A stretch of DNA of 22,748 bases, taken from a virus (lineage: Duplodnaviria > Heunggongvirae > Uroviricota > Caudoviricetes). The stretch's first letter is position 1; the number at the start of each line of letters is the position of its first letter. This document shows, piece by piece, positions 1-8,255 of the stretch. Where the stretch lies: IMG/VR virus record IMGVR_UViG_2534682096_000014; one strand, 5' to 3'. The notes under the pieces are model-generated. The model was not told where the DNA came from and did no database searches. It saw only the letters and a program-made list of their open reading frames with translations. The position numbers and the translations under genes are program-made.

Positions 1-837
1 ATGGCTAATGAAAAAAAGACATCCCGCAAAAAGTTTCGCGTGGCTGTCTCCGGATCAACTGTTGATGGCCGCGAAATCAGCCCGGTACATCTGCGTGAAG
101 CCGCCGAGAACTTCAACCCGGATGTTTACGCTGCCCGCGTGAACGTTGAGCACTATCTCTCGCCATGCCCGTCAAGCGAATTTTCCGCAATGGGCGATGT
201 CACCGCACTGAGTACGGAAGACATTACGGAAGGTCCGCTGGCCGGACGTACTGCGCTGTATGCAGAAATCGAACCGACCGAGCGCATGAAGCAGCTTGTC
301 GCGGACGGCAAGAAAATCTATTCCAGTATCGAACTGCACCCGCAGTTCTCCGTTAACGGGCGCGCCTATCTGGTCGGGCTGGCGATGACCGACACCCCGG
401 CAAGCCTGGGCACTGAGCGCCTGAAATTTACGGCACAGCAACGTCAGGCGGTAATGACGTTCAACAGTGTCCAGGGTGAAGCACCGCTTATCTCCGAAGC
501 CATCGAGTCTGAAATCATCGAAATGGCAGAACAACGCCAGGAAGAAGGCACCCAGTGGTTTAACCGCGTAATGGGGATTATTGGCCGTGGCCGCAAAGCG
601 GATGACGCCAGTTTCTCCCGTATTCAGGAAGCGCTGGAAGGCGTCGCAACGTCACAGGCCGACATTATCGACCGTTTTAATGTGCTGGAAACCCGCCATC
701 AGCAGGACCGCCAGAAAATCACGTCACTGACCACAGAGCTGACAGCACTGAAGGAAAAACTGCGCACGCAGGACGGCGATCCGCAGAACCGGTTCACCGC
801 AACAGGTGCAGCCTCCGACCAGCTGGCTGACTTCTGA
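1..837 (+). CDS. O: capsid scaffolding protein (gpO-like)
   Basis: 278 aa ORF starting at window base 1; N-terminus MANEKK..FRVAVSGSTVDGREISP resembles P2 gpO; sits immediately upstream of the major capsid gene. Confidence 0.8.
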   Translation: MANEKKTSRKKFRVAVSGSTVDGREISPVHLREAAENFNPDVYAARVNVEHYLSPCPSSEFSAMGDVTALSTEDITEGPLAGRTALYAEIEPTERMKQLVADGKKIYSSIELHPQFSVNGRAYLVGLAMTDTPASLGTERLKFTAQQRQAVMTFNSVQGEAPLISEAIESEIIEMAEQRQEEGTQWFNRVMGIIGRGRKADDASFSRIQEALEGVATSQADIIDRFNVLETRHQQDRQKITSLTTELTALKEKLRTQDGDPQNRFTATGAASDQLADF

Positions 838-859
838 TAAGACAAAGGAGCAAATTTTT

Positions 860-1912
860 ATGAATCTGGTGATGTCAGATATTACCCGCAACAAGCTGGG
901 TTGCTATATGGCGCAGCAGGCGTCGCTTAACAATATCCCGGTTTCCGCACTGGTATCGCGATTTACCGTGGAACCCTCGGTACAGCAGCGTTTTGAAAAC
1001 GCCTCAAAGGAAAGCACCGAATTTACAAAAAGAATTAACGTGATCGGCGTGACCGACCAGAAAGGCGAAAAAATCCTCCTGGACACCACCGGGCCAATTG
1101 CACGCACGAATACCAGTTATGACGGCACAAAACGCCGTAACCCGAATAACGTGGTTGATCTGAAAAACCGCAAATACCAGTGCGAACAGGTGAACTACGA
1201 CACGTTTATTTCGTATCCGCAGCTTGATGCCTGGTCGGCACACCCTGATTTTCAGTCCCGCATCAGCGCACAGATTGCCCGACAGGTGGCGCTTGACCGC
1301 ATCATGATCGGTTTCAACGGCACGTCTCACGCGGATGAGTCCAACTTCAGCACCAACAAGCTGCTTCAGGACGTTAACGTGGGCTGGCTGGAGCACATCA
1401 GAACCGACGCCAGCGAACGCGTTATGAATGACGTGACGCTGACCTCCCGCAACATGGACAACACCGTGGCGCACGCGGGTAAGTATGCGAACGCTGATGC
1501 ACTGGTACAGGACGCGCGTTCATCCCTGCTGGATGAATGGCACAAGGAAGCTGACGACCTCGTGGTGATTATGGGGCGCAACCTGTTTAACTCGCTGCGT
1601 CTGCCCGTGCTGAACAGCATCAGCGGCCAGAATCCCAATGCGGAATTACTCGCCGGACAGCTCATCCTGTCATCGCGCACCATTGGCGGGCTGGATGTAT
1701 TCCTTGCGCCGTTCTTCCCGGATGCAACGATGCTGATCACCTCATTCAACAACCTGTCAATTTACTGGCAGAAAGGTTCAATGCGTCGCCTGATGAAAGA
1801 CGAGCCGGAATACAACCGCATCGCCACCTACCAGTCCATCAATGACGCTTATGTCGTTGAAGACTATGGCAAGTGCGCAATGGTCACTGGCCTGAAGTTC
1901 GCCGACAGCTAA
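860..1912 (+). CDS. N: major capsid protein (gpN-like)
   Basis: ORF 806..1912; start placed at ATG 860 preceded by AAGGAG at 845-850; contains the FTVEPSVQQ motif typical of P2-family major capsid proteins. Confidence 0.85.
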   Translation: MNLVMSDITRNKLGCYMAQQASLNNIPVSALVSRFTVEPSVQQRFENASKESTEFTKRINVIGVTDQKGEKILLDTTGPIARTNTSYDGTKRRNPNNVVDLKNRKYQCEQVNYDTFISYPQLDAWSAHPDFQSRISAQIARQVALDRIMIGFNGTSHADESNFSTNKLLQDVNVGWLEHIRTDASERVMNDVTLTSRNMDNTVAHAGKYANADALVQDARSSLLDEWHKEADDLVVIMGRNLFNSLRLPVLNSISGQNPNAELLAGQLILSSRTIGGLDVFLAPFFPDATMLITSFNNLSIYWQKGSMRRLMKDEPEYNRIATYQSINDAYVVEDYGKCAMVTGLKFADS

Positions 1913-1957
1913 TCAACTCACGGCGGGCATCATGCCCGCCAGTAACGGAGAGAAAAA

Positions 1958-2758
1958 ATGATTACTCCTGCACAGCAACACTGGCAGAACGTGATGGCAC
2001 AGCGCGCAGGCCGGGCGAATGAAGGCGTGGACCACGCCGCGCGTACCGCGCATGAAGAGGTGCTGTATCGTCTGCGTCTGGCACAGGCCCGGCTTAAGGG
2101 CGTACAGGCCAGAAGCGCGAAAGCCGCCATCAAAAAAGAGTTGTTGCCGGATTTTTCCGGCTGGATTGAGGGAACGCTGGAGGCTGACGGCGGGCAGCAG
2201 GATGAAGTGATTGCCACGCTGATGGTGTGGGCGATTGACTGTGGCGATCTTCCGCTTGCGCTGCGTATCGGCGCGTATGTGGTCCGTCATAACCTCATTA
2301 TGCCGGATAACTTTGGCCGTACTGCTGCCACAGTGCTGACCGAAGAAATCTGCAACCCGGTACTGACGCAGGCCGGGACGGATGCCGACGCGGATTTGTC
2401 CGCCTTTATCGAACCGCTGGACACCCTCCGGAAGATTGTCACCGACCAGGACATGCCGGACGAAGTACGCGCCAAATTATGCAAGGCGTGCGCCTTTGCC
2501 CGTCGTGGTCTGACCGATGCAGACAACATGGCCTTATCACTGAAGCTGCTGCGCGAAGCGATGCACCTGAACCCGAACGCAGGTGTGAAACGCGAGATTG
2601 CAACCCTTTCCCGCGCCCTGAAAAAAGCCGATTCCGCAGCCGAACCAGAAGACGCCAGCGCACAGCAGGCGCAGGACGAAAGCAGCAAAAGTAAAAAGAC
2701 AACGCGGAAGCCTGCAACACGAAAAACCACCGCGACGCAGAAGGCGAAGCGCGGTTAA
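1958..2758 (+). CDS. M: terminase endonuclease (small) subunit (gpM-like)
   Basis: 266 aa ORF after N with GGAGAG RBS; basic, Lys/Thr-rich C-terminal tail; position matches P2 M. Confidence 0.75.
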   Translation: MITPAQQHWQNVMAQRAGRANEGVDHAARTAHEEVLYRLRLAQARLKGVQARSAKAAIKKELLPDFSGWIEGTLEADGGQQDEVIATLMVWAIDCGDLPLALRIGAYVVRHNLIMPDNFGRTAATVLTEEICNPVLTQAGTDADADLSAFIEPLDTLRKIVTDQDMPDEVRAKLCKACAFARRGLTDADNMALSLKLLREAMHLNPNAGVKREIATLSRALKKADSAAEPEDASAQQAQDESSKSKKTTRKPATRKTTATQKAKRG

Positions 2759-2859
2759 CAACTGACCCCGTCAGCGGGCGGCGTGCGCGGTGTTCCGGTT
2801 TGACTCCGTGACCGTTTACACCGCGCACCCACCGCCCGATTTTTTCAGGAGTGAACCCC

Positions 2860-3354
2860 ATGAGTATGGTTGCCAGAACCAACCCCAGACCCGCAGAGGA
2901 CGACATCACCGATACCGATGATGGCGATACCCGCATTTCAGCGGGTGCATTCTGGCCGGATATTGTGCTGCGCGAGCTGCGTCTGGCGGTACGACTGCCG
3001 GGCCGCGTGACCACCTCCCGCCTGCTGCATAGTGCCACCGGGGCCGTGGCACACGTTACCCGCGAGCTGGAAGCATGGCAGCAGGAACAGCAGGCAGCTG
3101 GCCATCAGACGCTGGCCGATGTTCCGGCACCCGTAATTAACGGAGAAAGCGTCAATCTCTGGCACTGGCGCAATGCTGTTTATACCGCCACGCGCGCCCT
3201 GATTCTGGAGCGTTATCGTGATGCAGACACAACGGACAAGGGCGACCGCCGGGCGGACGCTCTGGATATACAGACATCGGATTTGTGGCGTGATGTGAGC
3301 TGGGCCATCTCTGACATTCTGTGCCGCCCGCGAATGTTTGCGGAGTTGTGCTGA
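2860..3354 (+). CDS. L: head completion/stabilization protein (gpL-like)
   Basis: ORF 2851..3354; ATG 2860 lies 8 nt after AGGAG at 2847-2851; position between M and X. Confidence 0.7.
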   Translation: MSMVARTNPRPAEDDITDTDDGDTRISAGAFWPDIVLRELRLAVRLPGRVTTSRLLHSATGAVAHVTRELEAWQQEQQAAGHQTLADVPAPVINGESVNLWHWRNAVYTATRALILERYRDADTTDKGDRRADALDIQTSDLWRDVSWAISDILCRPRMFAELC

Positions 3355-3554
3355 TGAAAGTGAAGGCACTGGAAGGCGACACCGTGGATTCGCTCTGTTT
3401 CCGGTACTACGGCACGACGCAGGGCGTCACCGAAAAGGTGCTGGATGCCAACCCCGGACTCTGTCAGCAGGTATTTCTGGACGCCGGGCAGGAAGTGGAG
3501 ATGCCGGAGCCGGAGAAGAAGAAACGAGAAATGATTCAGTTGTGGGGGGAGTAG
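3354..3554 (+). CDS. X: tail protein X (gpX-like, LysM-like)
   Basis: 66 aa MKVKALEGDTVDSLCFRYYG...; start ATG overlaps the L stop as ATGA; small protein in the expected position before the lysis genes. Confidence 0.7.
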   Translation: MKVKALEGDTVDSLCFRYYGTTQGVTEKVLDANPGLCQQVFLDAGQEVEMPEPEKKKREMIQLWGE

Positions 3555-3556
3555 CA

Positions 3557-3880
3557 GTGAGCACCATTCAAACAGGGATCACAGAGCAGGTTATTGCGTG
3601 GCTCTTTGACCACCTGCCAACGGTGTATGCAGTAGGCGCGGCGGTCAGCATTTCCGCGCTGATGAGTCTTTATGACGGACGAACACTGGTTCAGACCGTA
3701 ACGGGATCGCTGGCGTGCGGCGTTCTTGCCATGGCCGTGGCCGGGTCGTTGCGCTTCTTCGGTTTTCCTGAAGATGCCGTGACGTTTATCGGCGCATCAA
3801 TCGGTTTTATGGGCGCAGAGAAAGCACGCGACAAGGTTATTGCAGCCTTTAATCGCAGGGTGAAGGAGAAGGACGAATGA
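3557..3880 (+). CDS. Y: holin (gpY-like)
   Basis: GTG start directly after the X stop; 107 aa with hydrophobic stretches (VYAVGAAVSISALMSL, LACGVLAMAVAGSL) and a charged C-terminus; directly upstream of the endolysin. Confidence 0.7.
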   Translation: MSTIQTGITEQVIAWLFDHLPTVYAVGAAVSISALMSLYDGRTLVQTVTGSLACGVLAMAVAGSLRFFGFPEDAVTFIGASIGFMGAEKARDKVIAAFNRRVKEKDE

Positions 3881-4269
3881 GCAACACATTTAAATTCAGC
3901 AGCCGGAGCGAAAAGAATTTGCAGGGCGTAAATCCTGATCTGGTGAAAGTGACCCGACGGGCACTGGAAATTTCGGAAGTGGATTTTGGTATCACCGAAG
4001 GGTTGCGCAGTCGTTACCGCCAGAAGCAACTTGTGGCCACGGGTAAGAGCCAGACCATGAACAGCCGCCACCTTACGGGACATGCCGTGGATGTTGTGGC
4101 TTATATCGGCAGCCAGGTGTCATGGGAATGGCCGCTGTACGAAAAAATCGCAGCAGCATTCAGACAGGCCAGCCGGGAACTGAATATTCCGGTGGAATGG
4201 GGCGGCGACTGGAAGACCCTGAAAGACGGACCGCATTTTCAGTTACCACACGGAGCCTATCCGGCATGA
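3877..4269 (+). CDS. endolysin, peptidase M15 / VanY-like zinc peptidase type
   Basis: 130 aa; SRHLTGHAVDV and WGGDW...GPHFQL motifs resemble L-Ala-D-Glu peptidase-type endolysins; ATG overlaps the holin stop (ATGA). Confidence 0.65.
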   Translation: MSNTFKFSSRSEKNLQGVNPDLVKVTRRALEISEVDFGITEGLRSRYRQKQLVATGKSQTMNSRHLTGHAVDVVAYIGSQVSWEWPLYEKIAAAFRQASRELNIPVEWGGDWKTLKDGPHFQLPHGAYPA

Positions 4270-4673
4270 AGCTCTGGCCCACGCTGGGTGTCGCTTTCCT
4301 TCTGATTGCCGCATGGGGAACATCCATGCGTCTGTCGTGGTCGCTGGGCCGGGAGAACGCCAGAAACGAAGCGCAGGCCAGCGCCCTGAAAAGTACCGTC
4401 GACACCCTGAATATCATCAGCACCGGGGTACAGGATATGCAGCAGGTGCTGGCGCAACTCCGCGTGGAAAATCAACAGAGAAATCAGGACGGAGAGGCCA
4501 GACGTGAACAGCTACGCAACGATATTGCAAAAGATGAATGCGCCCACGCTTTGCCTGACGCTCGTTTTACTGACAGGTTGCGCAGGCACGCAGAACGCGC
4601 CACTGCCAGCGCCGTCAGTCCGGCTTATACCGCAGACGCTGACCATACCGGTAACGCCTCCCCCCTTCCCTGA
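4266..4673 (+). CDS. lysB: i-spanin (LysB/Rz-like)
   Basis: ATG 4266 overlaps the endolysin stop; N-terminal TM helix LWPTLGVAFLLIAAWG followed by a charged, coiled-coil-like region. Confidence 0.6.
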   Translation: MKLWPTLGVAFLLIAAWGTSMRLSWSLGRENARNEAQASALKSTVDTLNIISTGVQDMQQVLAQLRVENQQRNQDGEARREQLRNDIAKDECAHALPDARFTDRLRRHAERATASAVSPAYTADADHTGNASPLP

Positions 4674-5277
4674 CACTCCCACATGGGGAAATCTCGGTAT
4701 ATGGGGCGACCGCCTTCTGGATGCACTGGAAACCTGTAACGCGGATAAACGGGCCATTGAATTACTGGAACAGCGCAGGCTGCAACGACTGAACAACGAG
4801 GATAACAACCATGCTGAAACTGATTCCCTGCGTGAAGCCATGACCCGTTCATGCCGATGGTGTCAGGCCAACCCGGAAAAATTCACCATTTTCGTGGAGA
4901 GCGGCAACATTGAAACGACCGGAGAAACGCCCTCGTTTGTTTACCGCTATCAGATGGTGATGTTTGTCATGGATTACGCCGGGGAGCTGGACGACCTCAC
5001 GCTGCCGCTGCTGGCGTGGTTATCCGAAAATCAGCCACAGTTGTTGCTCAACCCTGAGCGTAATCAGGACATCAAATTCTCCGCCGTTATCAATGACGAT
5101 GACAGCGCCGATCTCCTGTTTACGCTCCCCCTGCGGGAACGCGTTCGCATCACGCGCAGCAGTCAGGGCACACCGCAGGCAGAACACCTGCCGGAGCCAA
5201 AACCCCGCCTGCCCTCTTCCGAAGGCGACTGGTCGCATGTATTCCAGGATGTGACGTGGGGTGAAAGCGATGGATAA
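4534..5277 (+). CDS. lysC: o-spanin (LysC/Rz1-like lipoprotein) reading frame, open in-frame into the body of R; expected stop near 4821 is absent
   Basis: Lipobox LLTGC after MNAPTLCLTLV, Pro-rich region, +1 frame overlapping lysB (overlapped architecture); no in-frame stop until 5277. See findings. Confidence 0.45.
   Translation: MNAPTLCLTLVLLTGCAGTQNAPLPAPSVRLIPQTLTIPVTPPPFPDTPTWGNLGIWGDRLLDALETCNADKRAIELLEQRRLQRLNNEDNNHAETDSLREAMTRSCRWCQANPEKFTIFVESGNIETTGETPSFVYRYQMVMFVMDYAGELDDLTLPLLAWLSENQPQLLLNPERNQDIKFSAVINDDDSADLLFTLPLRERVRITRSSQGTPQAEHLPEPKPRLPSSEGDWSHVFQDVTWGESDG
4840..5277 (+). CDS. R: tail completion protein R (gpR-like) body; canonical-looking start ATG 4811 (MLK...) is out of frame with it
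   Basis: DSLREAMTRS...FTIFVESGN...LPLLAWLSENQP resembles P2 gpR; the first in-frame Met is at 4840; the frame-2 ATG at 4811 reads MLKLIPCVKP then stops. Confidence 0.55.
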   Translation: MTRSCRWCQANPEKFTIFVESGNIETTGETPSFVYRYQMVMFVMDYAGELDDLTLPLLAWLSENQPQLLLNPERNQDIKFSAVINDDDSADLLFTLPLRERVRITRSSQGTPQAEHLPEPKPRLPSSEGDWSHVFQDVTWGESDG

Positions 5278-5905
5278 GGCATTCACCCGCGTGGATGAAA
5301 CCTTTGAGGCCATCCGCGACAGCCTGAATCAGCAGGCCATCAATAACATCGCCAGAAAGCTGGCACAGGATTTACGCCGCGCCCAGCAGGCACGTATCCG
5401 GTCACAGAAAGCGCCGGACGGGACTGCATGGACACCACGCAGACGCCGCGTAACCCGGATACAGGAGCGCATTCGCTTTATCTGGAATAACGAAGCACGC
5501 ACGCTGAAAAACTGGCATCACGACACGGGGAAATACGGGCGAACCATTACCGGGTGGGATGAGGATAAAAACAATATCCGCACGTTTTACCGGGATGACA
5601 TCGACCGTTTTCTGGAAATACGCACCCGGCGCATCAACCAGGACAGCACAAAGCGCGTCCCCATGTTCGTAAAACTGCGCACCGCCCGCTACCTGAAAGC
5701 CCGTGCAGATGCTTCCGGTGTGACGGTGGGTTACAGCGGCGTGGCCGCACGTATTGCACGCGTTCATCAGTTCGGTGAGCGCGATCAGGTTGCGCCGGGC
5801 ATTTTCACCGATTACCCGGTACGTGAGCTGTTGGGTATCAGCCAGGCAGATGAGCGCCTGATTTATAACACGGTGCTGGGCCGGATTGCGGAGGCTGTAC
5901 GGTGA
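5270..5905 (+). CDS. S: tail completion / virion morphogenesis protein S (gpS-like)
   Basis: ORF 5261..5905; ATG 5270 overlaps the R stop; ARIARVHQFGE motif; position between R and V. GTG 5261 is an alternative start. Confidence 0.65.
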   Translation: MDKAFTRVDETFEAIRDSLNQQAINNIARKLAQDLRRAQQARIRSQKAPDGTAWTPRRRRVTRIQERIRFIWNNEARTLKNWHHDTGKYGRTITGWDEDKNNIRTFYRDDIDRFLEIRTRRINQDSTKRVPMFVKLRTARYLKARADASGVTVGYSGVAARIARVHQFGERDQVAPGIFTDYPVRELLGISQADERLIYNTVLGRIAEAVR

Positions 5906-6483
5906 GCGCAGAACTCATGCGACTGCTGAGCAACATCATCCGCACCGGGATCATCTCTGAAGTTGATGAGGAATCCTGGTGCGTGCGCGTTCGCAGCGGC
6001 GAACTGGAAACAGGCTGGTTGCGCTGGAACACCACGCGCGCGGGAGCCTTCAATGTGTGGCTGCCGCCATCACCAGGCGAACAGGTGGCAATTGCCTGCA
6101 TTGGCGGCAACCCGGAAACCGCCATGATAATCGGCAGCCTGTGGAGTGATGCCATTCCGGCACCCGGCAAAAGCCTGAAAGAAATCGTGGTCAGCGCGCC
6201 GGACGGCGCGGTGTTCCGCTACGACGCGGACGCAGGCGCACTGAGCGCCAGCGGCATGAAAACGGCCACCCTGCAGGCATCTGTCAGCGTGACACTGGAC
6301 ACGCCCGTCGTGGAATGCACAAACCTTCTGAAAACAGCCGAGATTGACGTCACAAAAGGGGGAAAGATGAGCGGCAATATCACGCACAGCGGCGGCGATT
6401 TCACCTCAAACGGCATCACAGTGCATACGCATAAACACGGTGGCGTTAAAGGTGGCAGCGATTCGACAGGAGGCCCGCAGTGA
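5902..6483 (+). CDS. V: baseplate spike / assembly protein V (gpV-like)
   Basis: 193 aa; C-terminal GNITHSGGDFTSNGITVHTHKH motif typical of gpV; GTG start overlaps the S stop. Confidence 0.8.
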   Translation: MSAELMRLLSNIIRTGIISEVDEESWCVRVRSGELETGWLRWNTTRAGAFNVWLPPSPGEQVAIACIGGNPETAMIIGSLWSDAIPAPGKSLKEIVVSAPDGAVFRYDADAGALSASGMKTATLQASVSVTLDTPVVECTNLLKTAEIDVTKGGKMSGNITHSGGDFTSNGITVHTHKHGGVKGGSDSTGGPQ

Positions 6484-6830
6484 CAACCCGCTACACAGGA
6501 ATGAACCCGGACGGGACGGGAAACCTGAACGATATGGAGCACCTGAAACAGTCAGTCAAGGACATCCTGACCACCCCGCTGGCAAGCCGGGTTATGCGAC
6601 GGGAATATGGCAGCCTTGTGCCTGATTTGATTGACGAACCCATGAATAACACCACGCGTCTGCAATGCATGAGTGCTGCCGTGATTGCGCTGACACGATG
6701 GGAACCCCGCATTGCCCTGGATGCCATCGACGTTGTCTGGAAAGCGGGAGGCCACGCCGGGGTGACACTGTCGGGCACTGTCATGCAGACCATGCAGAAT
6801 GTTGAGTTAACCATCACGCTGAGGGAGTAA
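6480..6830 (+). CDS. W: baseplate wedge protein W (gpW, gp25-like)
   Basis: 116 aa MTTRYTGMN...SRVMRREYGS matches P2 gpW; overlaps the V stop. Confidence 0.8.
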   Translation: MTTRYTGMNPDGTGNLNDMEHLKQSVKDILTTPLASRVMRREYGSLVPDLIDEPMNNTTRLQCMSAAVIALTRWEPRIALDAIDVVWKAGGHAGVTLSGTVMQTMQNVELTITLRE

Positions 6831-6833
6831 ATC

Positions 6834-7730
6834 ATGCCCGCCGTTGACCTTTCCCAGTTACCGGAACCCGCCATCATCGCGGAGCCTGACTTTGAAGCAA
6901 TTCTGGCTGACACAAAAGCCATGATGATTGCGTCCTATCCCGCCGAACAGCGTGAAGCCGTTTCCGCCGCGCTGGAGCTGGAATCGGAACCCCTTAACGT
7001 TATCGCTCAAACCATGTCGTTTCGTGAAATGCTGTTACGCCAGCGGGTCAATGAGGGTGCACGCGCCTGCATGTTAAGCCACAGCGCCGGGACAGACCTG
7101 GACAACCTCGCAGGCAATATGAACACAAAGCGCCTGGTTATCACTCCGGCAACGGATACCACCGACGCGGTGATGGAAAGCGACACCTCGCTGAGACTGC
7201 GGGCGCAACGGGCGTACGACGGCCTGAGTGTTGCTGGCCCGTCAGGTGCATACGAGTATTTTGCCCGCAGCGCCAGCGGTCTGGTGCGTGATGCGCGGGC
7301 TATCAGCCCGTCTCCGGCAAATGTGACGGTTTCCATCCTGTCCACTGAAGGCGACGGCACAGCAACGGAGGCGTTGCTTAATACCGTTCGCGCCGTTCTG
7401 AATGCAGAGGATACCCGCCCTGTGGCCGACCGCCTGACCGTACAGAGCGCCAGAATCGTGACATGGCGGCTGAATGCAAAACTGTACTTTTACCCCGGCC
7501 CGGAATCCGAACCTATTCTGGCTGCGGCGGAATCGTCGTTCAGGAAGTGGCTGGCTGAGCAGGGACTTATCGGTCAGGACGTGGCGTTGTCCGCCATTGC
7601 TGCCGCACTGCATGTGCACGGTGTGCAACGCGTGGAGATAATCGAACCCACACAGAATATGGCCATCAGCGACATACAGGCGGCGCGCTGTGAGTCGTTC
7701 ACCATCAGCGAAGGTGGGCGCAATGAGTAA
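6834..7730 (+). CDS. J: baseplate protein J (gpJ-like)
   Basis: 298 aa ORF in the conserved V-W-J-I order. Confidence 0.8.
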   Translation: MPAVDLSQLPEPAIIAEPDFEAILADTKAMMIASYPAEQREAVSAALELESEPLNVIAQTMSFREMLLRQRVNEGARACMLSHSAGTDLDNLAGNMNTKRLVITPATDTTDAVMESDTSLRLRAQRAYDGLSVAGPSGAYEYFARSASGLVRDARAISPSPANVTVSILSTEGDGTATEALLNTVRAVLNAEDTRPVADRLTVQSARIVTWRLNAKLYFYPGPESEPILAAAESSFRKWLAEQGLIGQDVALSAIAAALHVHGVQRVEIIEPTQNMAISDIQAARCESFTISEGGRNE

Positions 7731-8253
7731 TTCGTTGTTACCACCATCAGCCAGCAATTTCATGCGTTGTGCCGAAGCCGTCGGAACGCGCATTACAGAC
7801 ATTCCGGTAGACCTCAACACGCTGTGGTCGCCGGACACCTGCCCGGTGCATCTGCTGCCTTATCTCGCCTGGGCATTTTCCGTTGACCGCTGGGATCGCA
7901 ACTGGCCGGAAGAGACAAAGCGACAGGTTATTCGTGATGCATGGCTGATACACCGACACAAAGGGACCATCAGCGCACTGCGCCGGGCCATTGAGCCGCT
8001 GGGATACCTCATTCGCGTGTCTGAGTGGTGGGAGTTCGGCGGAGAACCGGGAACATTTACCGTTGAAGTCGGCACGCTGGACAGTGGCGTGACGGAGGAA
8101 ATGTATCTGGAAATGGAGCGGTTGATTGCTGATGCCCGCCCGGTCAGCCGCCACATGACAGGGCTGAATATCATTCAGGAAATTCCGGGGGATATTTTCG
8201 CAGCGGCGGCAACTTATGACGGTGAAGTTATTACCATTTATCCAGGCGATTAA
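7723..8253 (+). CDS. I: baseplate protein I (gpI-like)
   Basis: ORF 7690..8253; ATG 7723 overlaps the J stop; 176 aa, matching the remembered P2 gpI size. Confidence 0.75.
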   Translation: MSNSLLPPSASNFMRCAEAVGTRITDIPVDLNTLWSPDTCPVHLLPYLAWAFSVDRWDRNWPEETKRQVIRDAWLIHRHKGTISALRRAIEPLGYLIRVSEWWEFGGEPGTFTVEVGTLDSGVTEEMYLEMERLIADARPVSRHMTGLNIIQEIPGDIFAAAATYDGEVITIYPGD

Positions 8254-8255
8254 GC

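Noticed and set aside
172-534. Antisense and overlapping ORFs inside structural genes (for example 172..534 -, 1004..1474 -, 2439..3038 -, 13938..14435 -, 14360..14923 +)
   Set aside because: They lie entirely within well-supported phage genes on the opposite strand or in alternative frames in GC-rich DNA, with no RBS or product resemblance. Treated as spurious.
806-859. Upstream start of the major capsid ORF at 806
   Set aside because: It lies inside gene O; the ATG at 860 has a canonical AAGGAG RBS and gives a capsid-like N-terminus.
3338-3556. Long N-terminal extension of the holin ORF (start 3338)
   Set aside because: The extension overlaps gpX in another frame and is Arg/Gly-rich; the GTG at 3557 directly after the X stop gives a typical holin.
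5461-5650. Possible insertion making gpS longer than I remember for P2
   Set aside because: My recollection of the P2 gpS length is not reliable enough, and the segment shows no distinct composition; not reported as a finding.
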